DNA of 57,376 nucleotides from Mollicutes bacterium (GCA_012837765.1 DUQO01000039.1:1-57376), one strand, 5' to 3'. Shown: positions 27,679 to 37,054, counted from the first letter of the stretch. Made by a program: numbers and translations. Notes: generated by a model not told the origin, from the letters alone.

Positions 27679-28110
27679 TTATACAAGAGTTTCCTTCTTT
27701 ATTTTGTCTAACCAAAAATAATCTTTATTAATAAAATCACAAACAAAAATGTTTTTTTCATAATCTTTTAATGTATCAAGAAAACTAGAATAATTGATAT
27801 TGGTTTTTATTTTTAAATGTGAGTTATATACTATCAACTTACTTATTTCATCATAATAAAGATTTTTGATTATATGAACATTGACATTTCTAGAATATGA
27901 TAATTCACCACAATGCCTATTATAAATATATTCATTAACATTATTTTTATTAAAAGGTATCGCAATCTGTTCAAAAATACGATATCCTAAAATTATATCG
28001 TTATTATTTAAATTATAAACTTGTTCAAATATTTTGTATAAAGATGATGGTCTTGAATTGTAAAAGTTTGAAAAAAAATCATTGACAATAAAAATGTAAT
28101 ATACACGCAT
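27679..28110 (-). CDS. Probable SirA/YneE-like sporulation inhibitor of replication (divergent)
   Basis: 143 aa, located between tkt and yneF exactly as sirA is in B. subtilis. N-terminus RVYYIFIVNDFFSNFY and C-terminus FVCDFINKDYFWLDKIKKE resemble remembered SirA segments. Confidence 0.5.
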   Translation of the reverse strand: MRVYYIFIVNDFFSNFYNSRPSSLYKIFEQVYNLNNNDIILGYRIFEQIAIPFNKNNVNEYIYNRHCGELSYSRNVNVHIIKNLYYDEISKLIVYNSHLKIKTNINYSSFLDTLKDYEKNIFVCDFINKDYFWLDKIKKETLV

Positions 28111-28174
28111 AATATCACCTCTTTTTAGGTAGTATATATTAAAATATAGTCAACAATTGTCAAAATAGAGAAAC

Positions 28175-30190
28175 CTATCTAAAAAGTTTCTCTATTCTTT
28201 GTTTTATTTTGTCATAATTAAAATTACAGTAAGCAAGTACTTCTTCTTTAGTACCACTAGTTCCAAATTTATCGATTGTCATTAAATATTTTTCATTGTA
28301 TACAAAACGGAACCATCCAAAACTTGATCCTGCTTCAATTACAATTGTTTTGTAACCAACAGGGATAAGGTTTTGTTGATACTCTTCACTTTGCTCTAAA
28401 AATTTTTCAACGCAAGGCATACTTATAACACGTAAATCAATACCATCCTTATATAATTCCTCGGCTACTTTAATAGCTAAAGGTACTTCGCTTCCTGTTG
28501 CAATAATAATACCTGTTAGACGAACTACTTCTTTTCTAACAATATAAGCACCTTTTGATACTTCCTCCATACTTGAGTTACTTAATAATTCAGCCTCATC
28601 ACGAGAAATAACAATTGCACTAGGTTTATTTTTTCTTAAAATAGCATTCCATGAACCAACTATTTCCCTCGCGTCAGCTGGTCTATAAACATCTAAATTT
28701 GGCGTGCTCCTAAGCATCGATAATTGTTCAATCGGTTGATGTGTTGGCCCATCTGGACCGACATTAACTGAATCATGGGTAAACACATATGTTACAGGAA
28801 GATTCATCAAACAAGACATTCTTATAGCTGGTTTTAAATAATCTGAAAAAGATAAAAAAGTACTTCCAAACGCTCTAAAACCAGATAATGATAAACCATT
28901 CATTATAGCACCCATAGCATGTTCTCTAACCCCAAAAAATATATTACGGCCATCAAAAGACGAATTACTAAAGACAGGATATTTTTGTAAACGGGTCTTT
29001 GTAGAAGATGCTAAATCTGCACTACCACCTAAAAAGTTGAAAATATAATCTGCTATTACTCCCATGATCTTACCATTCGTATCACGAAGTGGTTCTTTAA
29101 AATCTTCACTGAATTGCCACATAACTTTTGGCAAGTTTATATTAAAAGCTAGATTGTTTTTAATTAACATTGTTAATTCTTGTTTCACATTATCTGCTGC
29201 TTTTTCCATATATTCTTTATAAATCTTTGTCCAATTGCTATATTTTGGACCTGATCTACTAGCAATCATCGTTCTAAATTCTTGAGTTGCATCATTTGAT
29301 ATTGAAAAAGGTATACCTCTAACATCTAAAGTTGATTTTAATTGCGTAATATCTTCTTTTGTCAACGGTTTACCATGGACAGTATTTGTTCCAGCTATTA
29401 GAGAACCTTTACCAATAATTGTTTTAACTTCAATGATAGAAGGTCTGTCAACAACTTTTTTAGCTCTTACAATAGCTTTATCTATTTCATCAACATTATC
29501 TCCATCTTTTACAATGGTTGTATGCCACCCCATTGCTTCAAAACGTTTTAACACATCTTCTTTAAAGCTTATATCAGTATTTCCATCCAGCGAAACATTA
29601 TTTGAATCATAAAGAACTATCAATTTTCCTAGTTGATAGTTTCCTGCTAAAGAAGCAGCTTCATAACTAACTCCTTCCATTAAATCACCATCACTGCATA
29701 AAACATATGTGTAATAATCAAACAAATTGTTTTCCGTTGTAAAAAGGCCTTTCTTCTTTTCGTTATATTTTGTACTTAAGATTTTTTCAGCAATAGCCAT
29801 TCCAACAGCAGTAGCAAATCCTTGTCCTAATGGACCAGTACTAACATCAACACCAGGTGTAACTCCATATTCTGGGTGTCCAGGCGCTTTAGATCCTACT
29901 CTTCTAAATGCTTTAAGATCATCTAGTGTAAGTTTATATCCTGCTGCAAATAAAGTTGCATAAAGCAAAGCTGAACCATGTCCTGCTGACATAACAAAAC
30001 GATCACGATTTATCCACTTTTCATCTTCAGGATTAATATTCATATGCTTTGCATATAAAGTATATATTATTGGTGCTGCTCCTAAAACAATTCCAGGATG
30101 ACCAGAACCAGCTGTGTCGATCATATCAATAGCCAAAGCTTTAATATTATCAACTATTTTTTTATCAATATTTTTTATTTCTTTTGCCAT
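28175..30190 (-). CDS. tkt: Transketolase
   Basis: GSGHPG, SDGDLMEG and THDSVNVGPDGPTHQPIE motifs. ATG 30190 is preferred over the GTG at 30199, which sits on the SD. Confidence 0.93.
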   Translation of the reverse strand: MAKEIKNIDKKIVDNIKALAIDMIDTAGSGHPGIVLGAAPIIYTLYAKHMNINPEDEKWINRDRFVMSAGHGSALLYATLFAAGYKLTLDDLKAFRRVGSKAPGHPEYGVTPGVDVSTGPLGQGFATAVGMAIAEKILSTKYNEKKKGLFTTENNLFDYYTYVLCSDGDLMEGVSYEAASLAGNYQLGKLIVLYDSNNVSLDGNTDISFKEDVLKRFEAMGWHTTIVKDGDNVDEIDKAIVRAKKVVDRPSIIEVKTIIGKGSLIAGTNTVHGKPLTKEDITQLKSTLDVRGIPFSISNDATQEFRTMIASRSGPKYSNWTKIYKEYMEKAADNVKQELTMLIKNNLAFNINLPKVMWQFSEDFKEPLRDTNGKIMGVIADYIFNFLGGSADLASSTKTRLQKYPVFSNSSFDGRNIFFGVREHAMGAIMNGLSLSGFRAFGSTFLSFSDYLKPAIRMSCLMNLPVTYVFTHDSVNVGPDGPTHQPIEQLSMLRSTPNLDVYRPADAREIVGSWNAILRKNKPSAIVISRDEAELLSNSSMEEVSKGAYIVRKEVVRLTGIIIATGSEVPLAIKVAEELYKDGIDLRVISMPCVEKFLEQSEEYQQNLIPVGYKTIVIEAGSSFGWFRFVYNEKYLMTIDKFGTSGTKEEVLAYCNFNYDKIKQRIEKLFR

Positions 30191-30224
30191 GTATAACACA
30201 TCCTTATTATAAGTGTATTATACC

Positions 30225-30251
30225 AAAAAACCTTTACTTTTAAAAGTAAAG
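30225..30251 (-). terminator. Rho-independent terminator of the SOS small ORF
   Basis: CTTTACTTT (30232-30240) / AAAGTAAAG (30243-30251). The plus-strand A6 run (30225-30230) gives a T-run on the minus strand. Begins 4 nt after the ORF stop. Confidence 0.7.
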
Positions 30252-30255
30252 ATTA

Positions 30256-30387
30256 TCATTTTACATTTGCAACAAGTTGCCTATCAACTATCTCCTCTAC
30301 TTCATTTAGTCTTTCAAAGCGCCAAGAGCATAGAAATAAATAAGCAATAACAACTACACAAGTAATTAAAACTCCTTTAATATTCAT
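30256..30387 (-). CDS. Unannotated 43-aa single-TM peptide, LexA-controlled (candidate SOS effector)
   Basis: ATG 30387 is preceded by AAAAGGAG with 9-nt spacing. Translation: MNIKGVLITCVVVIAYLFLCSWRFERLNEVEEIVDRQLVANVK. It has its own consensus promoter with an embedded LexA box and its own terminator. Too short for the ORF track. Confidence 0.7.
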   Translation of the reverse strand: MNIKGVLITCVVVIAYLFLCSWRFERLNEVEEIVDRQLVANVK

Positions 30388-30413
30388 ATTCTTCAACTCC
30401 TTTTCATGCTTTC

Positions 30414-30442
30414 ATTATATAACGAACTTTTGTTCGTGTCAA
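30414..30442 (-). promoter_or_regulatory. Consensus sigma-A promoter of the small ORF
   Basis: On the minus strand: TTGACA (30437-30442), 17-nt spacer, TATAAT (30414-30419). The spacer contains the LexA box. Confidence 0.8.
30423..30436. promoter_or_regulatory. LexA operator (Cheo box), perfect palindrome CGAACTTTTGTTCG
   Basis: Matches the Gram-positive GAAC-N4-GTTC consensus exactly. Lies between the divergent lexA and small-ORF promoters. Confidence 0.85.
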
Positions 30443-30451
30443 GACTAATCA

Positions 30452-30465
30452 CAAACATTTGTTTG
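30452..30465. promoter_or_regulatory. Degenerate second LexA-box-like palindrome CAAACATTTGTTTG
   Basis: AAAC-N4-GTTT palindrome overlapping the lexA -35. One substitution per half-site relative to GAAC/GTTC. Confidence 0.4.
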
Positions 30466-30491
30466 ACTTTTTACATTGTGTGTGATAAAAT
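30463..30491 (+). promoter_or_regulatory. Putative lexA promoter
   Basis: TTGACT (30463-30468), 17-nt spacer, TGaTAAAAT (30486-30491). Confidence 0.6.
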
Positions 30492-30523
30492 GTAAACAAT
30501 GAAAAAAATAAGGAGGAAATATA

Positions 30524-31141
30524 TTGAATAATTTGACGCCAAGGCAAGAACAAGCTTTAACATTTATAAAAGAACAAATTGCAAAAAATGGATATCCACC
30601 TACGGTAAGGGAAATAGGACAACATTTAGGTTTATCTTCTCCAGCTACTATTCAAGTTCACCTTTCTAACCTTGAAGAAAAAGGATATATCAAAAAAGGT
30701 GGTAACAAAAACAGGGCTATTGAATTATTGGTGGAGAATGAATTTTTAAATCAAAATGATGGTTTAGTAAAAGTACCATTACTTGGTAAGGTTACAGCCG
30801 GTTCACCTATTGAAGCAATTGAAAGGCCAAATGAGTTTTTTTCATTACCTGCTTATCTTATACCAAATAAAAAAGAAGTATTTACACTTGATGTAAGTGG
30901 TGACAGTATGATAAATGCCGGCATTTTTGACGGTGACATTGTAGTGGTACAAAGGCAAAGCAATGCTAACAATGGAGATATTGTAGTAGCTATGACTGAT
31001 GAAAATGAAGTTACGTTAAAAAGATTTTATAAAGAAAAGGATCATGTTAGATTACAACCAGAAAACGATTCCTTAGCACCAATTATATTACCTAATGTTA
31101 GTATTCTTGGTAAAGCTATTGGATTATATCGCAAAATATAA
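30524..31141 (+). CDS. lexA: LexA repressor
   Basis: TTG start with AGGAGG 7 nt upstream. wHTH N-terminus. Ala-Gly cleavage site (VTAGSP), GDSM Ser and LKRF Lys. Confidence 0.93.
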   Translation: MNNLTPRQEQALTFIKEQIAKNGYPPTVREIGQHLGLSSPATIQVHLSNLEEKGYIKKGGNKNRAIELLVENEFLNQNDGLVKVPLLGKVTAGSPIEAIERPNEFFSLPAYLIPNKKEVFTLDVSGDSMINAGIFDGDIVVVQRQSNANNGDIVVAMTDENEVTLKRFYKEKDHVRLQPENDSLAPIILPNVSILGKAIGLYRKI

Positions 31142-31167
31142 AGAGTGAAAAAAATTCACTCTTTTTT
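31141..31167 (+). terminator. Rho-independent terminator of lexA
   Basis: AAGAGTGAA (31141-31149) / TTCACTCTT (31155-31163) plus TTTT. Confidence 0.75.
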
Positions 31168-32113
31168 ATAATTTTAATAAAAACAATTCTAGACCAACAG
31201 TTTTATCGATCTTTCCCATTTTAATTTTTTCGTCTAAATCAGCAAGAGATATAATGTGTTTCAAAAGTTCCTTTTCATCTAAGTTTGATTCTTTTGCAAG
31301 TTTTACTCTATATGGATGAACTGCCAATTGAGATGCTATTTGACTTTCACTAAGCCCTTTAGCCCTAAACCTTTTAACTTGAAAAATCAATCTAAACTGA
31401 TTAGCAAGCATTACAATAATTTTAATTGGTTCTTCATTTCTTTTTAACAATTCTTGATATAAAGATAAAGCTTTATTTACATCTTTTTTTATAACTGCAT
31501 CAGTAAGGGAAAACAGGTTGTCCACATCATATTTTTCAATCATTTTATCTATATCATCATCATCAATTTGTTTTTCATCATTTTTATAAAGCATCAATTT
31601 ATCACATTCACTATTTAACAAATAAAGATTGTTACCTGTTTTATCAATCAACTTATTTAATGCATTAAATGTAATTTGAAAATCATTTTTGTTAAATATT
31701 TCTTTAGCAAACTTGACCGCTTCATCTTCACTAAACTTTGTAAATTCTTTTACGACTGCTTGATTTAATATTTTTTTAACAATTGCTTTTCGTTTATCTA
31801 AATTATTATAAGTAATAAAGATAACGATTACATCTCCATTAAGTTTATCAAGATGTTTTAATAAATTATCAACATCATGATTAATTTTTTCTTTGGTGGA
31901 ACTACTGCTAAAAAAATCAGCATTATACCCTATTATTATTTTATGATCATTAAATAAGGAAATTGAAAAAGCATCTTCTAATAAAACATTTACATTGATT
32001 TCAGATAAGTCATATTTTATTACTTGTCCATTTGAATGCTTTTTAATGATATTCTCTACTTCTTTATCAATAAGAAATGGTTCCTCACCACAAAAAACAT
32101 AAACACCCTTCAT
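31166..32113 (-). CDS. holA: DNA polymerase III delta subunit
   Basis: 315 aa. N-terminus VYVFCGEEPFLI. Position after comEC as in B. subtilis. Confidence 0.8.
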   Translation of the reverse strand: MKGVYVFCGEEPFLIDKEVENIIKKHSNGQVIKYDLSEINVNVLLEDAFSISLFNDHKIIIGYNADFFSSSSTKEKINHDVDNLLKHLDKLNGDVIVIFITYNNLDKRKAIVKKILNQAVVKEFTKFSEDEAVKFAKEIFNKNDFQITFNALNKLIDKTGNNLYLLNSECDKLMLYKNDEKQIDDDDIDKMIEKYDVDNLFSLTDAVIKKDVNKALSLYQELLKRNEEPIKIIVMLANQFRLIFQVKRFRAKGLSESQIASQLAVHPYRVKLAKESNLDEKELLKHIISLADLDEKIKMGKIDKTVGLELFLLKL

Positions 32114-32116
32114 AAA

Positions 32117-32629
32117 TCACCTAGCAAAATATCCATTAACAATTTTTTTAGTATCTGTTATTGTAATAAAAGAGTCTGGTGCAACTTCATTGATAATCTG
32201 GCGAACTTTTTGAATTTTTTTGCGGTCAACTTCTATCAATAGCATTAAGTTTTCATCGTCTTTTCCTTGACATACAATCGTTGATACACCAAAACCTCTT
32301 TTTCTTAAAACATCAACCAAATCATATCTTAAACCTTTTGTGATGACGTTAAATGATGCACTTCCAATAGCAAGTTTTTCTTCAATCCACGAACCTACAA
32401 AAGTACCACATGCAAAACCAGCTGAATACGCAATGGCAACTAGAAGGCTATTTTCCTTATTGGTTAAAGCCTGACTTACAATTAAAAACCATACAAGTAT
32501 TTCGATAAAACCAATAAAAGCTCCTGTTACCCTTCTCCCTCGTACAACCAAAACAGTCCTTAACGTTCCCATTGAAACATCTATAATCCTTACACTAAAA
32601 ATCAATAAACATTGTAAAAATATATCCAT
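32117..32629 (-). CDS. UPF0316/DUF2179 membrane protein
   Basis: Three N-terminal TM helices with VRIIDVSMGTLRTV, then a C-terminal DUF2179-like soluble domain. ATG 32629 has an AGGTGA SD. Confidence 0.7.
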   Translation of the reverse strand: MDIFLQCLLIFSVRIIDVSMGTLRTVLVVRGRRVTGAFIGFIEILVWFLIVSQALTNKENSLLVAIAYSAGFACGTFVGSWIEEKLAIGSASFNVITKGLRYDLVDVLRKRGFGVSTIVCQGKDDENLMLLIEVDRKKIQKVRQIINEVAPDSFITITDTKKIVNGYFAR

Positions 32630-32723
32630 TCTTATCACCTCTTTTAGTATACCACAAAATTATCAAAAAGGAGCCATAAAGGCTCCAATCTATATAAACA
32701 CTAATATTAGTGTCCACCATAAT

Positions 32724-34844
32724 TTATGTAGATGCCGTTTTTATTGTCACTTCATTTAACCCAATTATTATTTTAATGCTACCATTTGTACTTGTTTGTA
32801 GTATTTTGACATCGTTACTTCGCAAACGGTTTATAACAATTTCGCTCGGATGATTAAAACGGTTATTACGACCAACTGGGATTATAGCATATTTTGGCTT
32901 AATAGTGTTTATAAATTTTTCACTTGTACTTGTTTTGGAACCATGATGCCCTACTTTTAATATATCCACTTTAAGTTTTGGATATGCAAGTATTATATCT
33001 TCTTCTATATTAGAAGAAATATCGCCCGTTAATAGAATTGTATGTTTGAATATTTTAAGATATAACACTATACTATTATCATTTTCATTTATATCCCTGC
33101 TAGGATTTAAACAATGCATTTCAACTTCTCCAATTGAAATAACATCTCCCCTTTTTAAAAAATCATAATTGATATTTAATTTATCTAATTCAACAATAAG
33201 TTCTTTTTCTAGTTTTACCAATGAACCACTATTAAATACAACTTGTTCAACATTATAATTTTTTACAATATTTAAAGCTTCACCCATATGATCAGCATCC
33301 CCATGAGTAAGTATCAAATAATCTAGTTTTTTTATACCAATTGATTTTAAAAATGGAATAATAGTATCTTTACCTATTTTATAAGTATTATTTTTTTGTT
33401 GCCACGGCTGTTCAAAAGAAATTTTTCCTCCTGTATCTATTAAAACGTTTCCCTTATTATGAGGTAAGGAAATAAAAATAGAATCTCCTTGACCTACATC
33501 TATAAAAACAAGATATGGGTATCTGCTAAAATAATTAATATTATTGTGAATAAAAATTAAAATTACAAGAGGAATTAAATAGAAATATTTTTTTACTGCC
33601 ATTTTATTTATACCAACACTTATTAAAAAATAATATATTAAAATTATTATGAACGGAGGTTTAGCTAGAATTATTTCTCCTATTTTTAATGTGCTCAAAT
33701 ATAGGGAAATATTTTCTAAAACAATAACAAATAGAAAAATAAGATTATCCAAAAAAGGAAATAATAAGCATAAAAAAGATAAAGGAAACAATATAAAACT
33801 AACATAGGGTACAAAAAGAACATTTATAATTGGACTTAGCAAGTTGATTTGAAAAAAATTATTAATACAGATGGGAATACTCACTAAAAAAGCTATTAAG
33901 GAAATAATGAAGGTTTGTTTTATATAATTTTTTATAGATGAGATAAATGGTTGATATTTTACCAAATATAAACTTATAAGAAAGGAAAACTGAAAACCAA
34001 CATCATAAAGTAATGACGGCTTAAATATCAATAAAACAAATAAAGTAAGTTGTAATATATTTATTGTCTTAATATGAAAATAATACATTTTATTTAATGA
34101 TAATAATGAAAAAAATACTACTGATCTCATTACAGAGCCTGCATAATCTGTTAAAAACATATAAAATATTAAAATAAATATAACTATATAATAACGTTTG
34201 TTTTCCTCAACTCTAATTCTTTTTAAAAACCACAAAATTATAATTGACAAAAAAGTAATATGAGAACCTGAAATAGCAAAAAGATGACTTACACCATTAA
34301 ATTGGTAAGAATCTGCTATTGATTCTTTAAATTCGTCATCATTTCCAATCACTAAAGCTTTGACATATGATGTTGATTTTCCTATATTATCGATATGTTT
34401 TATCATTTTTTGTTTTATAGAATATCTTAGACGAGTATTTTTACTAATCAATTCTATTTTATCAGCTTTAAAAAGATAAAATATTTTATTGCGATACAAA
34501 TGTTTTTTATAGTCAAACAAATTAAAAACAGAAGATTCTTTAGGCTTTTCCATCTCACCATATATTTTTATATTATCACCGAGTTCAAATGGAAAACTGT
34601 TTTTTTCTTCTTCTGTTTCAAAATAATAATTGATGATAATACGCTCTTTTCCCTTTAACAAAATATTTAATTTATTACCATCTATTTTAAAATTATGTAT
34701 ATATCCTTCAACGGTTGTATCTGTCATTTTATATTTACTCGTATAAGGAAAATAATTCATCATAACAAAGCTGTATAAAAGAGAGATTATTGTAAGTATT
34801 AAATATAATGGGTCATATAGTAAGATTGTTCTTAATTTTATCAA
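32724..34844 (-). CDS. comEC: DNA internalisation competence protein ComEC/Rec2
   Basis: N-terminal OB/DUF4131-like part, polytopic competence domain, and C-terminal metallo-beta-lactamase (DVGQGDS, THGDADH). Confidence 0.9.
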   Translation of the reverse strand: MIKLRTILLYDPLYLILTIISLLYSFVMMNYFPYTSKYKMTDTTVEGYIHNFKIDGNKLNILLKGKERIIINYYFETEEEKNSFPFELGDNIKIYGEMEKPKESSVFNLFDYKKHLYRNKIFYLFKADKIELISKNTRLRYSIKQKMIKHIDNIGKSTSYVKALVIGNDDEFKESIADSYQFNGVSHLFAISGSHITFLSIIILWFLKRIRVEENKRYYIVIFILIFYMFLTDYAGSVMRSVVFFSLLSLNKMYYFHIKTINILQLTLFVLLIFKPSLLYDVGFQFSFLISLYLVKYQPFISSIKNYIKQTFIISLIAFLVSIPICINNFFQINLLSPIINVLFVPYVSFILFPLSFLCLLFPFLDNLIFLFVIVLENISLYLSTLKIGEIILAKPPFIIILIYYFLISVGINKMAVKKYFYLIPLVILIFIHNNINYFSRYPYLVFIDVGQGDSIFISLPHNKGNVLIDTGGKISFEQPWQQKNNTYKIGKDTIIPFLKSIGIKKLDYLILTHGDADHMGEALNIVKNYNVEQVVFNSGSLVKLEKELIVELDKLNINYDFLKRGDVISIGEVEMHCLNPSRDINENDNSIVLYLKIFKHTILLTGDISSNIEEDIILAYPKLKVDILKVGHHGSKTSTSEKFINTIKPKYAIIPVGRNNRFNHPSEIVINRLRSNDVKILQTSTNGSIKIIIGLNEVTIKTAST

Positions 34845-35508
34845 AGAGACTTTCCCCTATACCTGTCACATTTTTTATATCATCAATACTTGTAAAATTA
34901 CCATTACTTAAGCGATAATCAATAATACTTTGTGCTTTGGATTCACCTATTCCAGATAAAGTCATAAGTTCTTGTAGCGTTGCTGTGTTTATATTTATTT
35001 TTTGAGAATTATCCTTCGTTTCTCCTTGATTATTACAAGCTCCATTTATTTCTGGATCTGGACAAAAACATTCTTTTTCAATGTATTTAATAACTTCTGT
35101 AATTGTCTTTTTACCTTCTTTTATTTCACTAATTTCAGCTGCTGTATAAATAATAATAAGCATTTCATCATTTACCTTTTTACTTAGGTTTAAAACACTG
35201 GTATCGGCTCCTTCTTTTAAACCACCTGCCATATTAATTACATCGATAATTCTTGAACCATCTACCACTTTATAAACATTTGGGTTTACAACAGCCCCTT
35301 TAATGTCTACATAAAAATATTCTTTTGCAACTTCCTTTTTCTCTTCTTTAGTATTTGCAATCATATTAGATTCAATTGCCTTTTTCTTAAGTTGAACAAC
35401 TTTATTGTTATAACTAGAATAAAAAAAGATAATAAAAATAATAACACTAATAGCTATAATTATCTTCCAATACTTATATAAATATTTTAAAAATTCCTCC
35501 TTTGTCAT
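34813..35508 (-). CDS. comEA: Competence DNA receptor ComEA
   Basis: N-terminal TM segment, SLBB-like domain, and C-terminal double HhH (INTATLQELMTLSGIGESKAQSIIDYR). Confidence 0.88.
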   Translation of the reverse strand: MTKEEFLKYLYKYWKIIIAISVIIFIIFFYSSYNNKVVQLKKKAIESNMIANTKEEKKEVAKEYFYVDIKGAVVNPNVYKVVDGSRIIDVINMAGGLKEGADTSVLNLSKKVNDEMLIIIYTAAEISEIKEGKKTITEVIKYIEKECFCPDPEINGACNNQGETKDNSQKININTATLQELMTLSGIGESKAQSIIDYRLSNGNFTSIDDIKNVTGIGESLFDKIKNNLTI

Positions 35509-35540
35509 AAAACAACCTCCTTCATAGAGATTGTTTTGTA

Positions 35541-36698
35541 TTAATAGAGTTGTTTCCCCCCTTTTAAAACTCTTTCTTGAAGTTTTCTTTTATTTTCAAT
35601 TTCAACCCTTTGTACTAATGCAAGCAAGATTGCTAAGTTAAGCGCATATGAACCACCATAACTTAAAAATGGAAGTGGTACCCCTGTTAAAGGTAATAAT
35701 CCTAATAAACCAGTTAAATTAACAACAATATGTAGGAAAATATAAACAGCTGTTCCGTAAGCTATAACAGACCCCATAAGGTTGTGAGATCGATAAGCAA
35801 TACGAATAATTGATGTCAAAATAATGGTATATATAATCATTATTACAATACCAACTATTAGTCCTAATTCCTCTAAAATTATAGCCATAATAAAGTCAGT
35901 ATGAGCTTCTGGTAAATATAAATATTTTTGAGTACTATTACCTAGACCAACACCCCATAAACCTCCATTATTGATAGCTATAAAGCCATTACAAACATGA
36001 TAACCGGATCCGCCACTTAAATATTTAGCGCAAGGTTGTTTATAATCAAGTCTTTCCAATTGCCCTTTGCTCAACAAAGAATTTCCTGTAATTAGAACAA
36101 ACGCTAAAACAATCACACCTATTAAACCAATAAACTTAAGAATTACTTTCTTGATATTTTTATCTAACGGAATACTAAAAAAGGTAATAGCTGTAAGTGC
36201 AACAATAATAAAAGCTGTTCCAAAATCAGGTTGTATAAAAGTAAGACCCGCCATCATAGCGGCCGCTACAAGAGGTGTAAAGATAACAATAAGTTTGTTA
36301 CTATCCTTATTCTTGTTATAGTAAACGGCCATATAAAGAATAATTACTGTTTTGGCAAATTCACTAGGCTGATAGTTAAAGAACCCCAGTGGTATCCAGC
36401 TTTTAGCCCTATTTATAATAGCTCCATATAAATATACTACGACAAGAGATCCTAAAATAATTAGTACAAAAAGAAAAGCAAATCTCTTATATAACTTTAA
36501 AGGTAATGATATAACAACAAGTGATATTATAAGACATATAATAAGAATGATTGATTGCCTAATGAAATAGTAATATGGGGCTCCAGTCAAAGAAGCCTTT
36601 ACACTAGAAGCACTAAATATCATAAAAAGCCCAAAAACAAACATTACTATTGTCCAAAATAATAAGCTTTTATCCATTTTTGTAATTTTACTTCTCAT
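35541..36698 (-). CDS. ftsW: SEDS-family peptidoglycan polymerase (FtsW/SpoVE/RodA)
   Basis: About 10 TM helices. PEAHTDFI and LPLTGVPLPFLSYGGS motifs. Confidence 0.88.
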   Translation of the reverse strand: MRSKITKMDKSLLFWTIVMFVFGLFMIFSASSVKASLTGAPYYYFIRQSIILIICLIISLVVISLPLKLYKRFAFLFVLIILGSLVVVYLYGAIINRAKSWIPLGFFNYQPSEFAKTVIILYMAVYYNKNKDSNKLIVIFTPLVAAAMMAGLTFIQPDFGTAFIIVALTAITFFSIPLDKNIKKVILKFIGLIGVIVLAFVLITGNSLLSKGQLERLDYKQPCAKYLSGGSGYHVCNGFIAINNGGLWGVGLGNSTQKYLYLPEAHTDFIMAIILEELGLIVGIVIMIIYTIILTSIIRIAYRSHNLMGSVIAYGTAVYIFLHIVVNLTGLLGLLPLTGVPLPFLSYGGSYALNLAILLALVQRVEIENKRKLQERVLKGGKQLY

Positions 36699-36828
36699 AT
36701 GGTATCACCATAAATATCATATCATAAAACAAACAACCATGACTATAGAATAATATTAGGTTTTTTCTATAACCAAATTTGTAGTATTGTAATAAATTAT
36801 AATAGAACAAATAAAAGGAGGTAATAGT

Positions 36829-37014
36829 ATGTATTATTACGGATTTAATAGTGGCTATGGATACGGAGCTCCAGGATGCTATAGCGGATGTGGTTTCCCA
36901 TCTTATGGTTATGGTTTCGGAGGCTTTGGTTCAGGGGCAGCTATAATACTAGTTCTATTTATTCTCTTAGTTATCATTATCGGTTCTAGATTTGTCGGCT
37001 CTGTAGCTGCTTAA
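36829..37014 (+). CDS. YjcZ-like tiny Gly/Tyr-rich sporulation membrane protein
   Basis: MYYYGFNSGYGYGAPGCYSGCGFPSYGYGFGGFGSG followed by a hydrophobic helix AAIILVLFILLVIIIG. AAGGAGG SD. Own terminator. Confidence 0.7.
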   Translation: MYYYGFNSGYGYGAPGCYSGCGFPSYGYGFGGFGSGAAIILVLFILLVIIIGSRFVGSVAA

Positions 37015-37027
37015 TAACCATTTGTTC

Positions 37028-37054
37028 GTCGTCCTTTTTTAGGGCGACTTTTTT
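37028..37054 (+). terminator. Terminator of the yjcZ-like gene
   Basis: GTCGTCC (37028-37034) / GGGCGAC (37042-37048) with one G-U pair, followed by T6. Confidence 0.65.
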
